Shown here: positions 17,973 to 27,576 of the stretch, piece after piece
Position numbering within the stretch: the stretch's first letter is position 1
Layout: every line of letters begins with the position of its first letter
Made by a program: the position numbers and the translations under genes
Notes under the pieces: generated by a model
What the model was told of the DNA's origin: nothing
Seen by the model: only the letters and a program-made list of their open reading frames with translations
Databases searched by the model: none
IMG/VR virus record: IMGVR_UViG_3300042465_000911
Span: 1 to 60,984 of that record
Length of the DNA stretch: 60,984 nt
DNA from: a virus
Lineage: Duplodnaviria > Caudoviricetes
Strand: one strand, 5' to 3'

Positions 17973-18486
17973 AGTAAATCTGCGCCCCGTCAATAGCGCT
18001 CATGTAGGCATAAATTCCATTTGCTGCCACTACGCCTTCGCCGGGGATAAGAGGAGCATTTTGGAACTCGTCTGATGCGTGGGTTTCATAGGTTAACAGC
18101 CAACGATTTGTACCACTGACATAAAGCGCTGCTGGAGAACCTGTAATAGTCCCAGTATTGATGTCTGTGATCGTAAACGCGTCTGCGGTTGTTACAGTGA
18201 TGGCGTAATTCCCATCAGTGGCAGCGCCACCTGAGCCACTAACAAAGTGAATACCTACAACAGTGCCGGTTGTTAACCCATGCGCAGTTTTTGCAATCGT
18301 TACAGTCGTGCCGCTACGCCCGTAAGTAACACTTGAAGTTACTGGAGCCGTGGTTGTATCAAACAAAACTAAAGTTCCGCCGCCGCCATAAAAAGAAACG
18401 CCTTTTACCCGGTTGCGTCCAAGCACAAAAAAACCGCTTTGGTTTAGGTGCCCTTGTTTGACATCATATTGCATCGTCATAATCAA
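17965..18486 (-). CDS. Virion structural protein
   Basis: Beta-rich TAHGL..G..V...DG.Y.IT...FT module; head operon context. Confidence 0.6.
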   Translation of the reverse strand: MIMTMQYDVKQGHLNQSGFFVLGRNRVKGVSFYGGGGTLVLFDTTTAPVTSSVTYGRSGTTVTIAKTAHGLTTGTVVGIHFVSGSGGAATDGNYAITVTTADAFTITDINTGTITGSPAALYVSGTNRWLLTYETHASDEFQNAPLIPGEGVVAANGIYAYMSAIDGAQIYYG

Positions 18487-18501
18487 ACTCCTGATTTAAC
18501 A

Positions 18502-18515
18502 GGGGCCGAAGCCCC
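18502..18515 (-). terminator. C(UUCG)G hairpin between genes (weak terminator or stabiliser)
   Basis: GGGGC-TTCG-GCCCC on the minus strand with a short U-tail. Confidence 0.45.
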
Positions 18516-18525
18516 ATTGGGTTGA

Positions 18526-19056
18526 TTATTGGTCTGAGAAGGCAGGGGCAGTTGCGCCAACCACAGTGCCAAACACTTGCCAATTTGTACCGTCTTTTGC
18601 GATCACAGTGATTTGCGCAGAAGCTGGAACATTCACTTGCAGTTTAGAGTTGGAGTTGCCGTCAGAGAACACAACAGAAGCTGCGCCATCGTCAGTGTCA
18701 TGGAAAGCCACACCGCCAATGAAGTAGTTGGTGTTTGAACCAGTATTGATGATGAAGTCGGTGGCATCTGCCGCGCCGCCGCCATACACAAACACAAACG
18801 ATGTACCGGCAACAGGGGCAGGCAGTGTGTATGTATTGTCTTGAGTGCCGTTGGGAACAATGTTGACCATGCCGCCAGCATTTGCTGCTGCTGTCAAAGT
18901 TGCGTTGCCATCAGTTAAAGCAACGGGGGTGGCCACGATACCAGAAGCGCCCAAAGAAACTGGAGCGGTAGAAACCACGCCAGTAGTTGCGTTGATGGAG
19001 ATGGTTTGGAAACCGTTTTCAGACCGTACTGGGCCGTTAAATGTGGTATTTGCCAT
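18526..19056 (-). CDS. Head decoration / minor capsid protein
   Basis: MANTTFNGPVRSENGF start; directly downstream of the major capsid gene. Confidence 0.6.
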   Translation of the reverse strand: MANTTFNGPVRSENGFQTISINATTGVVSTAPVSLGASGIVATPVALTDGNATLTAAANAGGMVNIVPNGTQDNTYTLPAPVAGTSFVFVYGGGAADATDFIINTGSNTNYFIGGVAFHDTDDGAASVVFSDGNSNSKLQVNVPASAQITVIAKDGTNWQVFGTVVGATAPAFSDQ

Positions 19057-19069
19057 GATTTTTTCCTTA

Positions 19070-19138
19070 CATGCAAGTGGGGCGTATCTGTCTGCATGTC
19101 GTCAGCCGGGACTGTCAGATACACCGGAAAACCCCGGA
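19070..19138 (-). ncRNA. Pseudoknotted RNA downstream of the capsid gene, probable Mu-gpT-DE-type motif
   Basis: GTGTATCTG/CAGATACGC stem plus CATGCA/TGCATG pseudoknot; downstream of a Mu gpT-like capsid gene. Confidence 0.55.
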
Positions 19139-19156
19139 ATGGTTTGAATATACCTC

Positions 19157-19184
19157 AAAAGAAAAGGGGGCGCTAGCCCCCTTT
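19157..19184 (-). terminator. Intrinsic terminator after the major capsid gene
   Basis: AAAGGGGGC-TAGC-GCCCCCTTTTCTTTT on the minus strand. Confidence 0.8.
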
Positions 19185-19195
19185 CCATCTTTCGC

Positions 19196-20125
19196 TTACG
19201 CGCCAGCAGAGCCCCACATACCGAGGGGATCAGACCAGCCAAAGCTGTAACGCTCACGAGCCTTGTAACGGACGTTGCCGGTATCAAAGTCGCCGTCCAT
19301 TGAGTTAGACAAAGGCATACGTTCAAAATGCTTCATGCCGTTTGGAACGTCGGTAATCAAATACCAGCCGTTTGTGTCGGTCAAGAAGTGGTTGACGGTA
19401 TAGCCTTCAGGGATTGCACCCATCTGCTTCAACGCGTTGATGTCGTTGTCGGCAGTTGAAACACGCAGTTCAGTGTCAAGCAAACGCTTGGCAACGAACA
19501 TCAGTGAAGGAGGCACAATCATCTTGCGAGGCTTGGCAGCAATCAACAGACCGCGCTCATCAGTCCATGCAGCGATTTGAATCACGGCATTTTCCAATGA
19601 AGTTTCGTTCAAGTCCACGCCAGTGGTTGGGCTGTTGTAGTTAACAGAGCCATTAACCAGTGGGTGACCAACACGAGTGTTGGAGCTGTTGTTACCAAAC
19701 AAGGTAACGCCGTCACCGCCCAAGTAGGAGCCATTGAAACCGTTGTTGATAACAGCGGCTGCTTTGACTTGCTTGGTGTAGGACATGGCACGGGCCAAAG
19801 CTTTGGTGTAACGAGCAGACAAGCTGTCGTACAAGTTATCTTCAATCGCTTCTTCAGTGATTGAGAAACCCAAAGCAATGGTTTCGTGGTTGTAACGTGC
19901 GGTGAACGCTTCTTGCGCATTGTCATAAGCAATGGCAGAACCTTCGTTCTTGACGGGAGCAGCACCGAAACCAGCAAGCTTGGTCTCTTCTTCAAAGCTA
20001 CGCTCTGATTTCTCAGTTTCGTAGATTTCTTTGTGCTCTTCGCCGTAGCGAGCATACTCCATACCGAACAAAGCGTTCAGGCCGGGGAGCAACTCTTTAA
20101 GTAGTTGTGCGCGTGAAATTGCCAT
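19196..20125 (-). CDS. Major capsid protein (Mu gpT-like family)
   Basis: MAISRAQLLKELLPGLNALFG...DFDTGNVRYKARERYSFGWSDP; strong SD; followed by a terminator. Confidence 0.9.
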   Translation of the reverse strand: MAISRAQLLKELLPGLNALFGMEYARYGEEHKEIYETEKSERSFEEETKLAGFGAAPVKNEGSAIAYDNAQEAFTARYNHETIALGFSITEEAIEDNLYDSLSARYTKALARAMSYTKQVKAAAVINNGFNGSYLGGDGVTLFGNNSSNTRVGHPLVNGSVNYNSPTTGVDLNETSLENAVIQIAAWTDERGLLIAAKPRKMIVPPSLMFVAKRLLDTELRVSTADNDINALKQMGAIPEGYTVNHFLTDTNGWYLITDVPNGMKHFERMPLSNSMDGDFDTGNVRYKARERYSFGWSDPLGMWGSAGA

Positions 20126-20138
20126 TTTGAGTTACTCC

Positions 20139-20765
20139 TTACAGGCCAACAGCGTTGGTGAATGTGTGATAGCCGGGGTTAATCTTGACAAGGATGTCGG
20201 TGTAAGCGTCGCCTACAACTGAGAAGCCTTGCATATTAACGAACCCAACAACACGGAAAGCTGCGGTGGTAGTCACAGCCGAGGAACCTGCTACAACAGA
20301 AGCTGTAGAGTTACCTGTGGATGTGCTGCCAGTTGCCACAGCGCCAGTTGAGAAAAACACGTTTGTGCCAACCGCAGCTTGCGTGACAGAGCCAGCAGAC
20401 TGAACTTGGAACACAACACCGGGATCATCCACAACGTAAGCGTTAACCACGCCAGTTGTACCTGTGGGGTAGTACTGAGCGTAAATTACTTGACCTTGTG
20501 CATTGACGTAAGAACAGCCAACAAACACACCTACGATACCGGTATTAGCGGTGCCAGTAGGAAAGCCATTGGTGGTCGCGTCAGCGCCGGTTGCGGTTGC
20601 CACAGCTAGATAGCCGTTTGCGTTCACATACACGGGCGAACCGTTGTAAATGTTTGCGGCAGTACCTGCGGGGTCGATGAGATAAGTACGGGTTGCACCT
20701 GCATATGGTGTGCCGCCCAACTCATTTACGGGTTTTAGACCGTAAGGGGATGCTACTGATGCCAT
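20139..20765 (-). CDS. Capsid cement / decoration protein
   Basis: PYGLKP...GVFVGCSY...DDP; lies between scaffold and capsid genes. Confidence 0.65.
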   Translation of the reverse strand: MASVASPYGLKPVNELGGTPYAGATRTYLIDPAGTAANIYNGSPVYVNANGYLAVATATGADATTNGFPTGTANTGIVGVFVGCSYVNAQGQVIYAQYYPTGTTGVVNAYVVDDPGVVFQVQSAGSVTQAAVGTNVFFSTGAVATGSTSTGNSTASVVAGSSAVTTTAAFRVVGFVNMQGFSVVGDAYTDILVKINPGYHTFTNAVGL

Positions 20766-20780
20766 TTAAGGACTCCTTGT

Positions 20781-21233
20781 TTATTTAGAACCTGAACCAA
20801 ATCCGGCTCCGCGACTGACTGACGATTTTTTCTCGGCAAACAGAGGCATCATCGGGTTATTGTTTCGCATGAAGTGGTTGTCCACGGATTCCATCTGGTT
20901 TTGAGCCTGCTGATCGTAGTAGTCGTCCCGAGAACGCGCTCTTTCGGCAGACATCTTGCAAAGCATGAGTCCACCAATTTCGACGTTTCCTGTCTTTTCA
21001 CTACCAGTAATCATCAACTCAGGATGGTCTACTGCTTTCACCGGCTCCCAGCCATCGCGAAACTTACGTGACACGTTGGTTGGTTCGTGCTGACCCAAGA
21101 CATGAGTGGCTACCCATCGGTAGACATATCCGGGTTCAGGTGTCGGATCGGGCAGTGCGGTCGGCGGTACATATACAGCGCGAGCCTGTTTTTCGCGTGA
21201 AACATTGTCACGAGGGTTACGGTTTTCAGCCAT
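20781..21233 (-). CDS. Conserved head-module protein
   Basis: LPDP...YRW...NV....GWEPV...GGLMLCK pattern. Confidence 0.65.
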   Translation of the reverse strand: MAENRNPRDNVSREKQARAVYVPPTALPDPTPEPGYVYRWVATHVLGQHEPTNVSRKFRDGWEPVKAVDHPELMITGSEKTGNVEIGGLMLCKMSAERARSRDDYYDQQAQNQMESVDNHFMRNNNPMMPLFAEKKSSVSRGAGFGSGSK

Positions 21234-22164
21234 TTTGATTCTCCAATTTTAAAACTTCAGCAACATACTTCTTAGGGTCAAGGTTGTACTTTTTAATTAA
21301 CGCCGCTTGTGATGGCGTTAATTGCACCTTCCTTGTTCCTGTGGAACGTGTTGCCGGAGCAACCACTGAAGAAGGTCGCCGTGGCTTTTCGCTAGTACCA
21401 CCGAACATTTCGGGGAACGTAGACTTCACGCGAGCATCGATTTGCTCGAAATATTCATCACTGCGGGGATCGACCCCGTTTGACACTAGTTTTTGGTGCA
21501 GCCCTAGTGCAAAGCTGGAAACTTCCTCAAACCCCTGTGCTCCGAACCACTGGTTTTTTGCCTGCCAGCGCAGTGTCTTTTCGTCGGGTTGCACCTGTTG
21601 GGGTACAGGTTGTTGAGGTTGTACATCATATTCATCCACTTGTAAAGGGGCTGGACGAAAATTTTGCACCGCCGTAATTTTCATTTTGGCATCAGTCAAA
21701 GCCTCCTGAGCCGCAAGGATGGCATCGGTGTCAAACGCCTCTTGCGCTGCCTTGTAGTCTCGTCGGGCTTTCTCCAATTCAGCATCGGCAACAGACTTGG
21801 CCATTGCGCCATACTGCTCAGTGCCGTTGTTCACATATTGTTTGAGACGCTTGTTCTCTTCAACCATGTGCTGTGCAAGACGCTCAAGTTCTTGCTTCTC
21901 GCGGTAAAGCGCTTCTTTGGCCCTGCGCTCGTCGTGCCGCGCATGGGTTAGCTCTTTAATGCGTACCTTGACCTTATCGGAGTAGTTCTCAATTTCGTCG
22001 TCCGTGGGGTCTTCAACATCTTTGTCCAACGGTCTGCGACCACGGTCTTGTATGGGTGTGTCATCAACAATCTCAATTTCAACATCGTCTTCTTGTTGAG
22101 TTATCTCAACCTTCTGATTTCTGCCGTCATCAAGCTCGTCGGGGAACTTGTATTGCTCTGCCAT
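21226..22164 (-). CDS. Scaffolding protein
   Basis: Acidic N-terminus, long coiled coil, W..KN.WFG; between portal and capsid genes. Confidence 0.7.
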   Translation of the reverse strand: MAEQYKFPDELDDGRNQKVEITQQEDDVEIEIVDDTPIQDRGRRPLDKDVEDPTDDEIENYSDKVKVRIKELTHARHDERRAKEALYREKQELERLAQHMVEENKRLKQYVNNGTEQYGAMAKSVADAELEKARRDYKAAQEAFDTDAILAAQEALTDAKMKITAVQNFRPAPLQVDEYDVQPQQPVPQQVQPDEKTLRWQAKNQWFGAQGFEEVSSFALGLHQKLVSNGVDPRSDEYFEQIDARVKSTFPEMFGGTSEKPRRPSSVVAPATRSTGTRKVQLTPSQAALIKKYNLDPKKYVAEVLKLENQNG

Positions 22165-22174
22165 TTCTACTCCT

Positions 22175-22609
22175 TTAAGCGCGGGTTAACCCGCGTGGGT
22201 CTTGCACAACAGCGTCCACTTGGTCATCATTGATGAGCCGGAACTCTTTTCCAAAAATCTTAAATCGCGTACCGGAATAAGTACGCACGAGCACAAAGTC
22301 TCCTTCCTTGCACCACGCGCCTGCGGGGAACTTGGTCTGGTCTTTATACGCGTCTGGGCCAACCTTCAACACAAACAACACGGTTGTGGCGTGCTCTTCT
22401 TGTCTAAGGGTGGACGTTGCTTTTACGAGATCAAGCTCAGTACCATCAATCCTTTCGGATATATCGGGTACGGCACACAGCAGCTTCCAGCCTGTCGGCT
22501 CTGGCAACATGGTGGCTTTTTCTTCGTCTGTTGCGTCTTGCGCTGGCGCTTCAACGGGTTGGATTTCGGGCAACGCAAATTGCCCCGGTTCTAGAACAAG
22601 TTCACTCAT
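22175..22609 (-). CDS. groES: GroES-like co-chaperonin
   Basis: P.G.KLL...VLKVGPDAY...GDFVL...YSGT......EFRLINDDQV.AVV (cpn10 pattern). Confidence 0.8.
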   Translation of the reverse strand: MSELVLEPGQFALPEIQPVEAPAQDATDEEKATMLPEPTGWKLLCAVPDISERIDGTELDLVKATSTLRQEEHATTVLFVLKVGPDAYKDQTKFPAGAWCKEGDFVLVRTYSGTRFKIFGKEFRLINDDQVDAVVQDPRGLTRA

Positions 22610-22796
22610 CGGATTTTTCAACTTTCTGTGCAAGGTCAAGTAGATAACGCTCTGCAAGGGCTAGACCCTGAATAATCCCGCAGAGTTTTTGGTACTCGTC
22701 AAAATTGCGACATGCGCCACCAGCGCAGTCATCTGCGTAGTTGTTCATGTCGGTGCGTAATTTGTCGCGCAATACGCGTGCGAATTCTTGGATCAT
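22602..22796 (-). CDS. Small conserved protein after portal
   Basis: Coupled start/stop overlaps; EY..LCG.I.GL pattern. Confidence 0.7.
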   Translation of the reverse strand: MIQEFARVLRDKLRTDMNNYADDCAGGACRNFDEYQKLCGIIQGLALAERYLLDLAQKVEKSDE

Positions 22797-25390
22797 TTAG
22801 TAGGCTTCTCCTTTGGTTGACTTACATTTAACGCAGTTTTACGCGCATCCAATTCAGATTGAGCTTTGTGCTTGGCCATGTCAATGCCCATGCGCACGCC
22901 CTCTCTTTGTTGATTGGCTTCAATTTGCGCTTGGTCTTTTTTGATTTGCGCCCCAAGTTTTGTGCCGTCCAACTCCATGCGAGATTGCAATGTGGCCTTG
23001 TCCAATTCCAATTTTTGCGCTGCAATTTGCGCATCTGTCTGGGTTTTTTGACTTGTTTGTTGAGCTTGAGCCGCTTTAAGTTGCATGTCTTGTTGGGCAA
23101 TTTGTGATTTAAGCTCCAGCTCTTGCTGAGCAAGTTGAGCCTTGGCCTGCGCTTCTTGCGACTTCATCTGCAACTCTTGTTGCTTCAACTGAAGCTCGGC
23201 TTGTTGCATCTGGAGGATCGGGTCTTGAGCTTGTTGCTGAGCTTGCTGTTGCGCCTGTTGTGTTTGGCTTTGTTGCACCACTTGTTGAGATGCTTGAGCC
23301 AACAAACTTGCCAGCGCATATTCTGCTTGAGGTGGCAAATTGTCGTCTTGTTGCGGCAGGGCTGCACCCAACTGCTCTTCGACTTTACGGCGGTACTCAA
23401 AGCCAACGTGTTCAGCAATGTGCGCCATGAGTGCCGCTGAAATCTGCTGAGCCTTGGGGTTTTGACCAAGCATCTGTGCAATTGTTGGATCTTGTATAAG
23501 AGCCATATGCACTTGAATATGTGATTGATGGTCTTGGTAGAAGAACGCCTTGACTGGCTCACCTTTGATGATGCCCATGTTCTCAGACACGGGGTCTTTG
23601 GGCTTCATGTCATCCGGCATAGGCACGAGCTTGTCGGCATCCTTGATACCCAGCACCTCCAACATATTGCGGTGCAACTGCGGCAAATCATAAATATCGG
23701 GAGCCATCTGAGCCATTTGGATGACAGCTTGGTACTGGACAACTCGCTGACTCATCGTTGCCGCGTTGGGATCGCTTACAGGGATGATGTCAATATGGTC
23801 GTAGTCTTCTTTCTTGGCCTTGCGTGGGGCATCAACGGGGTCGTAGTCGTAGCTTGGCTCGGTGTAGTCGCGGATGATCGCGGCCAACAAGCGCAACTCT
23901 TGTTTGAATGTGTAGTGCAGCCGGGCCTGCACAGCAGACATAACCTTAAGCTGGCGCTCAAGCAAGGCAAGCGTGGTGCCCACAGGAGCCTGTGCGGACA
24001 TGTCCGACACGTTCATGTCGGCAGTGGCTGCAAACCTGCGACCCTCCTCCACAATCTTGTCCATCAGTCCGGCCAAAACAACGCTTGGCTCTTTGTAGGG
24101 TAAGGGCAGGATGCTGTCACGTAGTGCGCCAGAAGCAATATCTACGTCTCGCCATTCTCCGGGAGCGATGGGGGTGTCGTCTCCCTTAATGCGCATTCCG
24201 CGAGTCTTAAGACCTCCGGGTAAGTTAGATAACGTCCCAGCATCGACAAGCTGACGCATGATACTGGTGGCTGACCTAGCGTACCCACCGATGAGGTGGA
24301 AGAGGCCAAAACCGTAGGCTCCAAAGCCGGGGATGTACTGGTAGTGGACAAAGTGCTGACGTTTGAGGCAGAGGGGGTCATCTTGTTCCCAATTGCGCCG
24401 AATTGACAAGACATCGTTGCTTCCTTTAATTAGGGTAACTACATAGGGCTTCATCACGCCGGTAGGTTCACCGTCGTCATCTTTGTCTTCATCACCCTCT
24501 AGCACCAAGTCAACATGGCACTCGTACAGGGTATAGCGCTCGTCGTTCAGGTCAGAAAAGCCTGTCTCTTTATCCTTGGCCTTCTTGATGTTGTCTTGTT
24601 CTTTGCTGGGGTCAGGCAACTCAATGTCACGGTAAAAGCCTGCTTGCTGAAGCTTGATGATCTCATTCTTGGTCTTGCGCATACCGTGTGTCAATCGGTA
24701 GCAAGTGTCTAAGTCGGTTGTACCGTAGGGCAGGATGATGTCTTCTGCTGGGATAAACATAGACACCTGACGGCCAAGGTTGGGATCAAAATAAACTTTC
24801 TTGAACGCCGAACCTGTAGCCGGGAGGCTCCACAACATGCGCTCATGCTCAGGGCGAAACTCACGCATGACTTCTGTCAACTCGTAGTTCATGTCAGCCT
24901 CAACACGCACAGCCGCCTCTTGCTTCTCAGGAGTCTCTCTACCCAAGATTTTTGTACGTACAGGCCCTGCGGCTGGGAACTGCTCAGTGATGGTTTCTGA
25001 TTGGAACCGCACCACAGCTTCGGTAATCATGGGGTGGAACACACCACAAGCTCCATTCCAAGGTTCTGTACGTTCTTCATACTGCAAACCCAAAAGCTTC
25101 AAGCCTTCTGTATAGGCTTTCTCCCAGTCCTTGCGGGAGTTTTTGTCATTGTCAATGTCCCCTGACAATTCTTCAGCCAGTGCAGACAGCGCACCTTCGT
25201 CCATGTCCTCGGCCAAGTTCTCACCAAAGTCATCTTCACCATCAGCCATCATGCTGATTTCTAAGTCACCAGCGCGGATATTGACGGCTTCAGGATCGAC
25301 AATCTCGATCTCAATGGCCTCTTCTTCTTGCGCTAGATCGTCTATGCCTTGGGGTTGTTGGTACAGAGCTTTGTCAAAATTGGTTGCCAT
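22793..25390 (-). CDS. Portal protein (P22-like, long Gln-rich C-terminal coiled coil)
   Basis: 865 aa after TerL; PWNGACGVFHP, GSAFKKVY, APVGTT motifs. Confidence 0.85.
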   Translation of the reverse strand: MATNFDKALYQQPQGIDDLAQEEEAIEIEIVDPEAVNIRAGDLEISMMADGEDDFGENLAEDMDEGALSALAEELSGDIDNDKNSRKDWEKAYTEGLKLLGLQYEERTEPWNGACGVFHPMITEAVVRFQSETITEQFPAAGPVRTKILGRETPEKQEAAVRVEADMNYELTEVMREFRPEHERMLWSLPATGSAFKKVYFDPNLGRQVSMFIPAEDIILPYGTTDLDTCYRLTHGMRKTKNEIIKLQQAGFYRDIELPDPSKEQDNIKKAKDKETGFSDLNDERYTLYECHVDLVLEGDEDKDDDGEPTGVMKPYVVTLIKGSNDVLSIRRNWEQDDPLCLKRQHFVHYQYIPGFGAYGFGLFHLIGGYARSATSIMRQLVDAGTLSNLPGGLKTRGMRIKGDDTPIAPGEWRDVDIASGALRDSILPLPYKEPSVVLAGLMDKIVEEGRRFAATADMNVSDMSAQAPVGTTLALLERQLKVMSAVQARLHYTFKQELRLLAAIIRDYTEPSYDYDPVDAPRKAKKEDYDHIDIIPVSDPNAATMSQRVVQYQAVIQMAQMAPDIYDLPQLHRNMLEVLGIKDADKLVPMPDDMKPKDPVSENMGIIKGEPVKAFFYQDHQSHIQVHMALIQDPTIAQMLGQNPKAQQISAALMAHIAEHVGFEYRRKVEEQLGAALPQQDDNLPPQAEYALASLLAQASQQVVQQSQTQQAQQQAQQQAQDPILQMQQAELQLKQQELQMKSQEAQAKAQLAQQELELKSQIAQQDMQLKAAQAQQTSQKTQTDAQIAAQKLELDKATLQSRMELDGTKLGAQIKKDQAQIEANQQREGVRMGIDMAKHKAQSELDARKTALNVSQPKEKPTK

Positions 25391-25398
25391 TTTTTACC

Positions 25399-26937
25399 TC
25401 AGTAGTACGCCGCAGAGCGACGTTTAAAAAATCGTGGTTCATCTGCCTCATCCGTGTCTAGCGTGATAAAGCCGCCTTGTCTGAATCGAAGCAGTGCTTG
25501 GCTGGTCGTGTCCACATAGTCGTCGTGTTCGCCCACTGGGAAGGCCGCAACCTCCTCAATTACTTCACGCGCCCAGCGTGTGTCAGGTGCCCACACCATA
25601 CCAGAGGAGAACAAGTCAGCAATAGCCTGCACACGCACCATCTTATCGTTTCCACGGCTCGGTGTAAATTCTTGTACAGGGATGCCCATTGCCCTGAGTT
25701 CTTGGATCAACGGGCCACCTGCCGCCTTTTTCTCCACAATGAAGGCATCGGGTTGCCATTCCTTCCAGTGCTTGAAGGCGACTTGCTTGAGTTCTGGGAA
25801 TGGGATTCGGTCTTTGAAAGCGTCAAGGAGGATAAGCTGGGGCTTGTCGTTCTCCTCCTCGTTGTACCAGACCCCCCAAGTAGTACAGGCAGAATAGTCG
25901 GAGGTTGTTTTGGTTTCATGCGCCGTGTCCCAAGACTGGATGATGTACTCACAAGTGGGCGGTTCATCCCCCTCCCATATCCGCCAGTGCTTTCTGGAGA
26001 TGATCGCCGCCGTATCGCTGGTAGGCTGCTGCATGTACTGCGCGTTCCAGTAGCGGGGATCCATTGAGGACTTGGCAGACTTCAGCGCCTCGAGTGGCCA
26101 CTGCTCCGGCCAGAGGGATTTCTCTTTCTCCGTGTTCTCATGCAGGATGGCTGGAAGCTCCACAATCTCCCAGCGTGGGCTGTCGGGGTTGCTTACCTGA
26201 TACTGTATGAGTCTGCCGGTCAAGTCCAGTGGCCCCCAGCGCGTCATGATGACTATGATCGCACCGCCCGGCATCAGACGCTGCAACGGGCCGGTTTGAA
26301 ACCAACTCCACGCCGTGTCAAACGCTAGACGGCTGTTTGCTTTTACGTCTTGTTCCGAATGCGGGTCGTCGATAACAAAGAGATCAGCCCCGCGACCGGC
26401 AAGAGCACCACCAACGCCAGCCGCATAATACTGACCGCCAGCAGCAGTACTCCACTTTCCAGCAGCCTTCTGGTCATCTGCAACAAGTGTTTGCGGAAAA
26501 AGTTCATGGTACTGCTCATCATCCAGTAAGTTACGAACCCGCCGTCCAAAGTCTTCAGACAGCGACGCAGTGTGCGTCCCCATGATAATCTTCTTGTTGG
26601 GGTAGTTACCTAGAAAGAACGCGGGGAACAGGTAAGACGAGAACTCAGACTTACCCATACGGGGGGCAATGTTGATGATGACGCGCTTCTTTTTGCCTTC
26701 GATCACATCTTGGAATATCTTGGCCAGCTTCCTGTGATGTGGCCCAACCTTGAACCCGGGGTATACGTACTTGGAAAACTCAATCATGTTTGTACGACCG
26801 GCGTTGACGTTGTAGCGTTTCTCACGTTCTTCCAGCATTTCCATAAGCTCCACCTTCTCCGCCAAATTCAAGGTGGGGAGAGCTTTTTGGATTGCCTGAA
26901 TCTCAGTTGGACTCAGTGTCAGATCGTTCAGGTTCAT
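25399..26937 (-). CDS. terL: Terminase large subunit
   Basis: APRMGKS Walker A, IDDP Walker B, MTRW; nuclease SWDTA and HDDYVD. Confidence 0.95.
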   Translation of the reverse strand: MNLNDLTLSPTEIQAIQKALPTLNLAEKVELMEMLEEREKRYNVNAGRTNMIEFSKYVYPGFKVGPHHRKLAKIFQDVIEGKKKRVIINIAPRMGKSEFSSYLFPAFFLGNYPNKKIIMGTHTASLSEDFGRRVRNLLDDEQYHELFPQTLVADDQKAAGKWSTAAGGQYYAAGVGGALAGRGADLFVIDDPHSEQDVKANSRLAFDTAWSWFQTGPLQRLMPGGAIIVIMTRWGPLDLTGRLIQYQVSNPDSPRWEIVELPAILHENTEKEKSLWPEQWPLEALKSAKSSMDPRYWNAQYMQQPTSDTAAIISRKHWRIWEGDEPPTCEYIIQSWDTAHETKTTSDYSACTTWGVWYNEEENDKPQLILLDAFKDRIPFPELKQVAFKHWKEWQPDAFIVEKKAAGGPLIQELRAMGIPVQEFTPSRGNDKMVRVQAIADLFSSGMVWAPDTRWAREVIEEVAAFPVGEHDDYVDTTSQALLRFRQGGFITLDTDEADEPRFFKRRSAAYY

Positions 26938-27526
26938 CTGTATCTTGTGAGTGAGTACTAACTTCTTCTATGTCTTCGATTACTTCAGCGTCTTGCACGC
27001 CCATGAACTTGGCCAGCTTGTCTTTGAGCTTGCGGTCGATCTCCTCATCCGTGAGGTCAGTCTTCTTGACTTCAATCTTGTCGGTGAACAGGCCGACTTC
27101 GGTGACCTTACCCAAGAGCCCCAAGGCTTTCAGGCGGATGTTGGCGCTGGGGTTTTCGCATTCTTCCAACAGCTTGGCCACTGTGTAGCCACGAAGCTCT
27201 TTGGCCTGTTGGACAAACTCCCAGTCATAGGCGGTCAGCATCCCAACTAAGTGTTGCACAGCCGCTGGCGTTTTGATCTGAGACAGATGTTCGTGCGTGA
27301 TTTCGCTTGGTGCGGCAGATACTAAGTTAGTGAATGCACCCCGCGCTGCTTTGACTTCTGCTTGGCTGACCACGGTATCTGTGTCTGCCGCACCCAGACT
27401 CTTAAGCCAGTCGGTTGTCTTTACTTGGGCGTCGATCCTATCCGCCGGATGTTCTTTTTCAAGCGGCGTAGGTTTACCAGAGTGGGCAACCACTTCGGGT
27501 TCAAAATCAATAAGGTGTTCTAGCAT
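26903..27526 (-). CDS. terS: Terminase small subunit (probable)
   Basis: Immediately upstream of TerL; RLKALGLLGK...VGLF helix motif. Confidence 0.65.
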   Translation of the reverse strand: MLEHLIDFEPEVVAHSGKPTPLEKEHPADRIDAQVKTTDWLKSLGAADTDTVVSQAEVKAARGAFTNLVSAAPSEITHEHLSQIKTPAAVQHLVGMLTAYDWEFVQQAKELRGYTVAKLLEECENPSANIRLKALGLLGKVTEVGLFTDKIEVKKTDLTDEEIDRKLKDKLAKFMGVQDAEVIEDIEEVSTHSQDTDEPERSDTESN

Positions 27527-27541
27527 CGGCGCATAAGTCCC

Positions 27542-27570
27542 TTGTACCTGCGATGCGCGGAGTGTATACT
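27542..27570 (+). promoter_or_regulatory. Sigma70-type promoter of the candidate sRNA
   Basis: TTGTAC-17 nt-TATACT. Confidence 0.6.
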
Positions 27571-27576
27571 ATTTCC

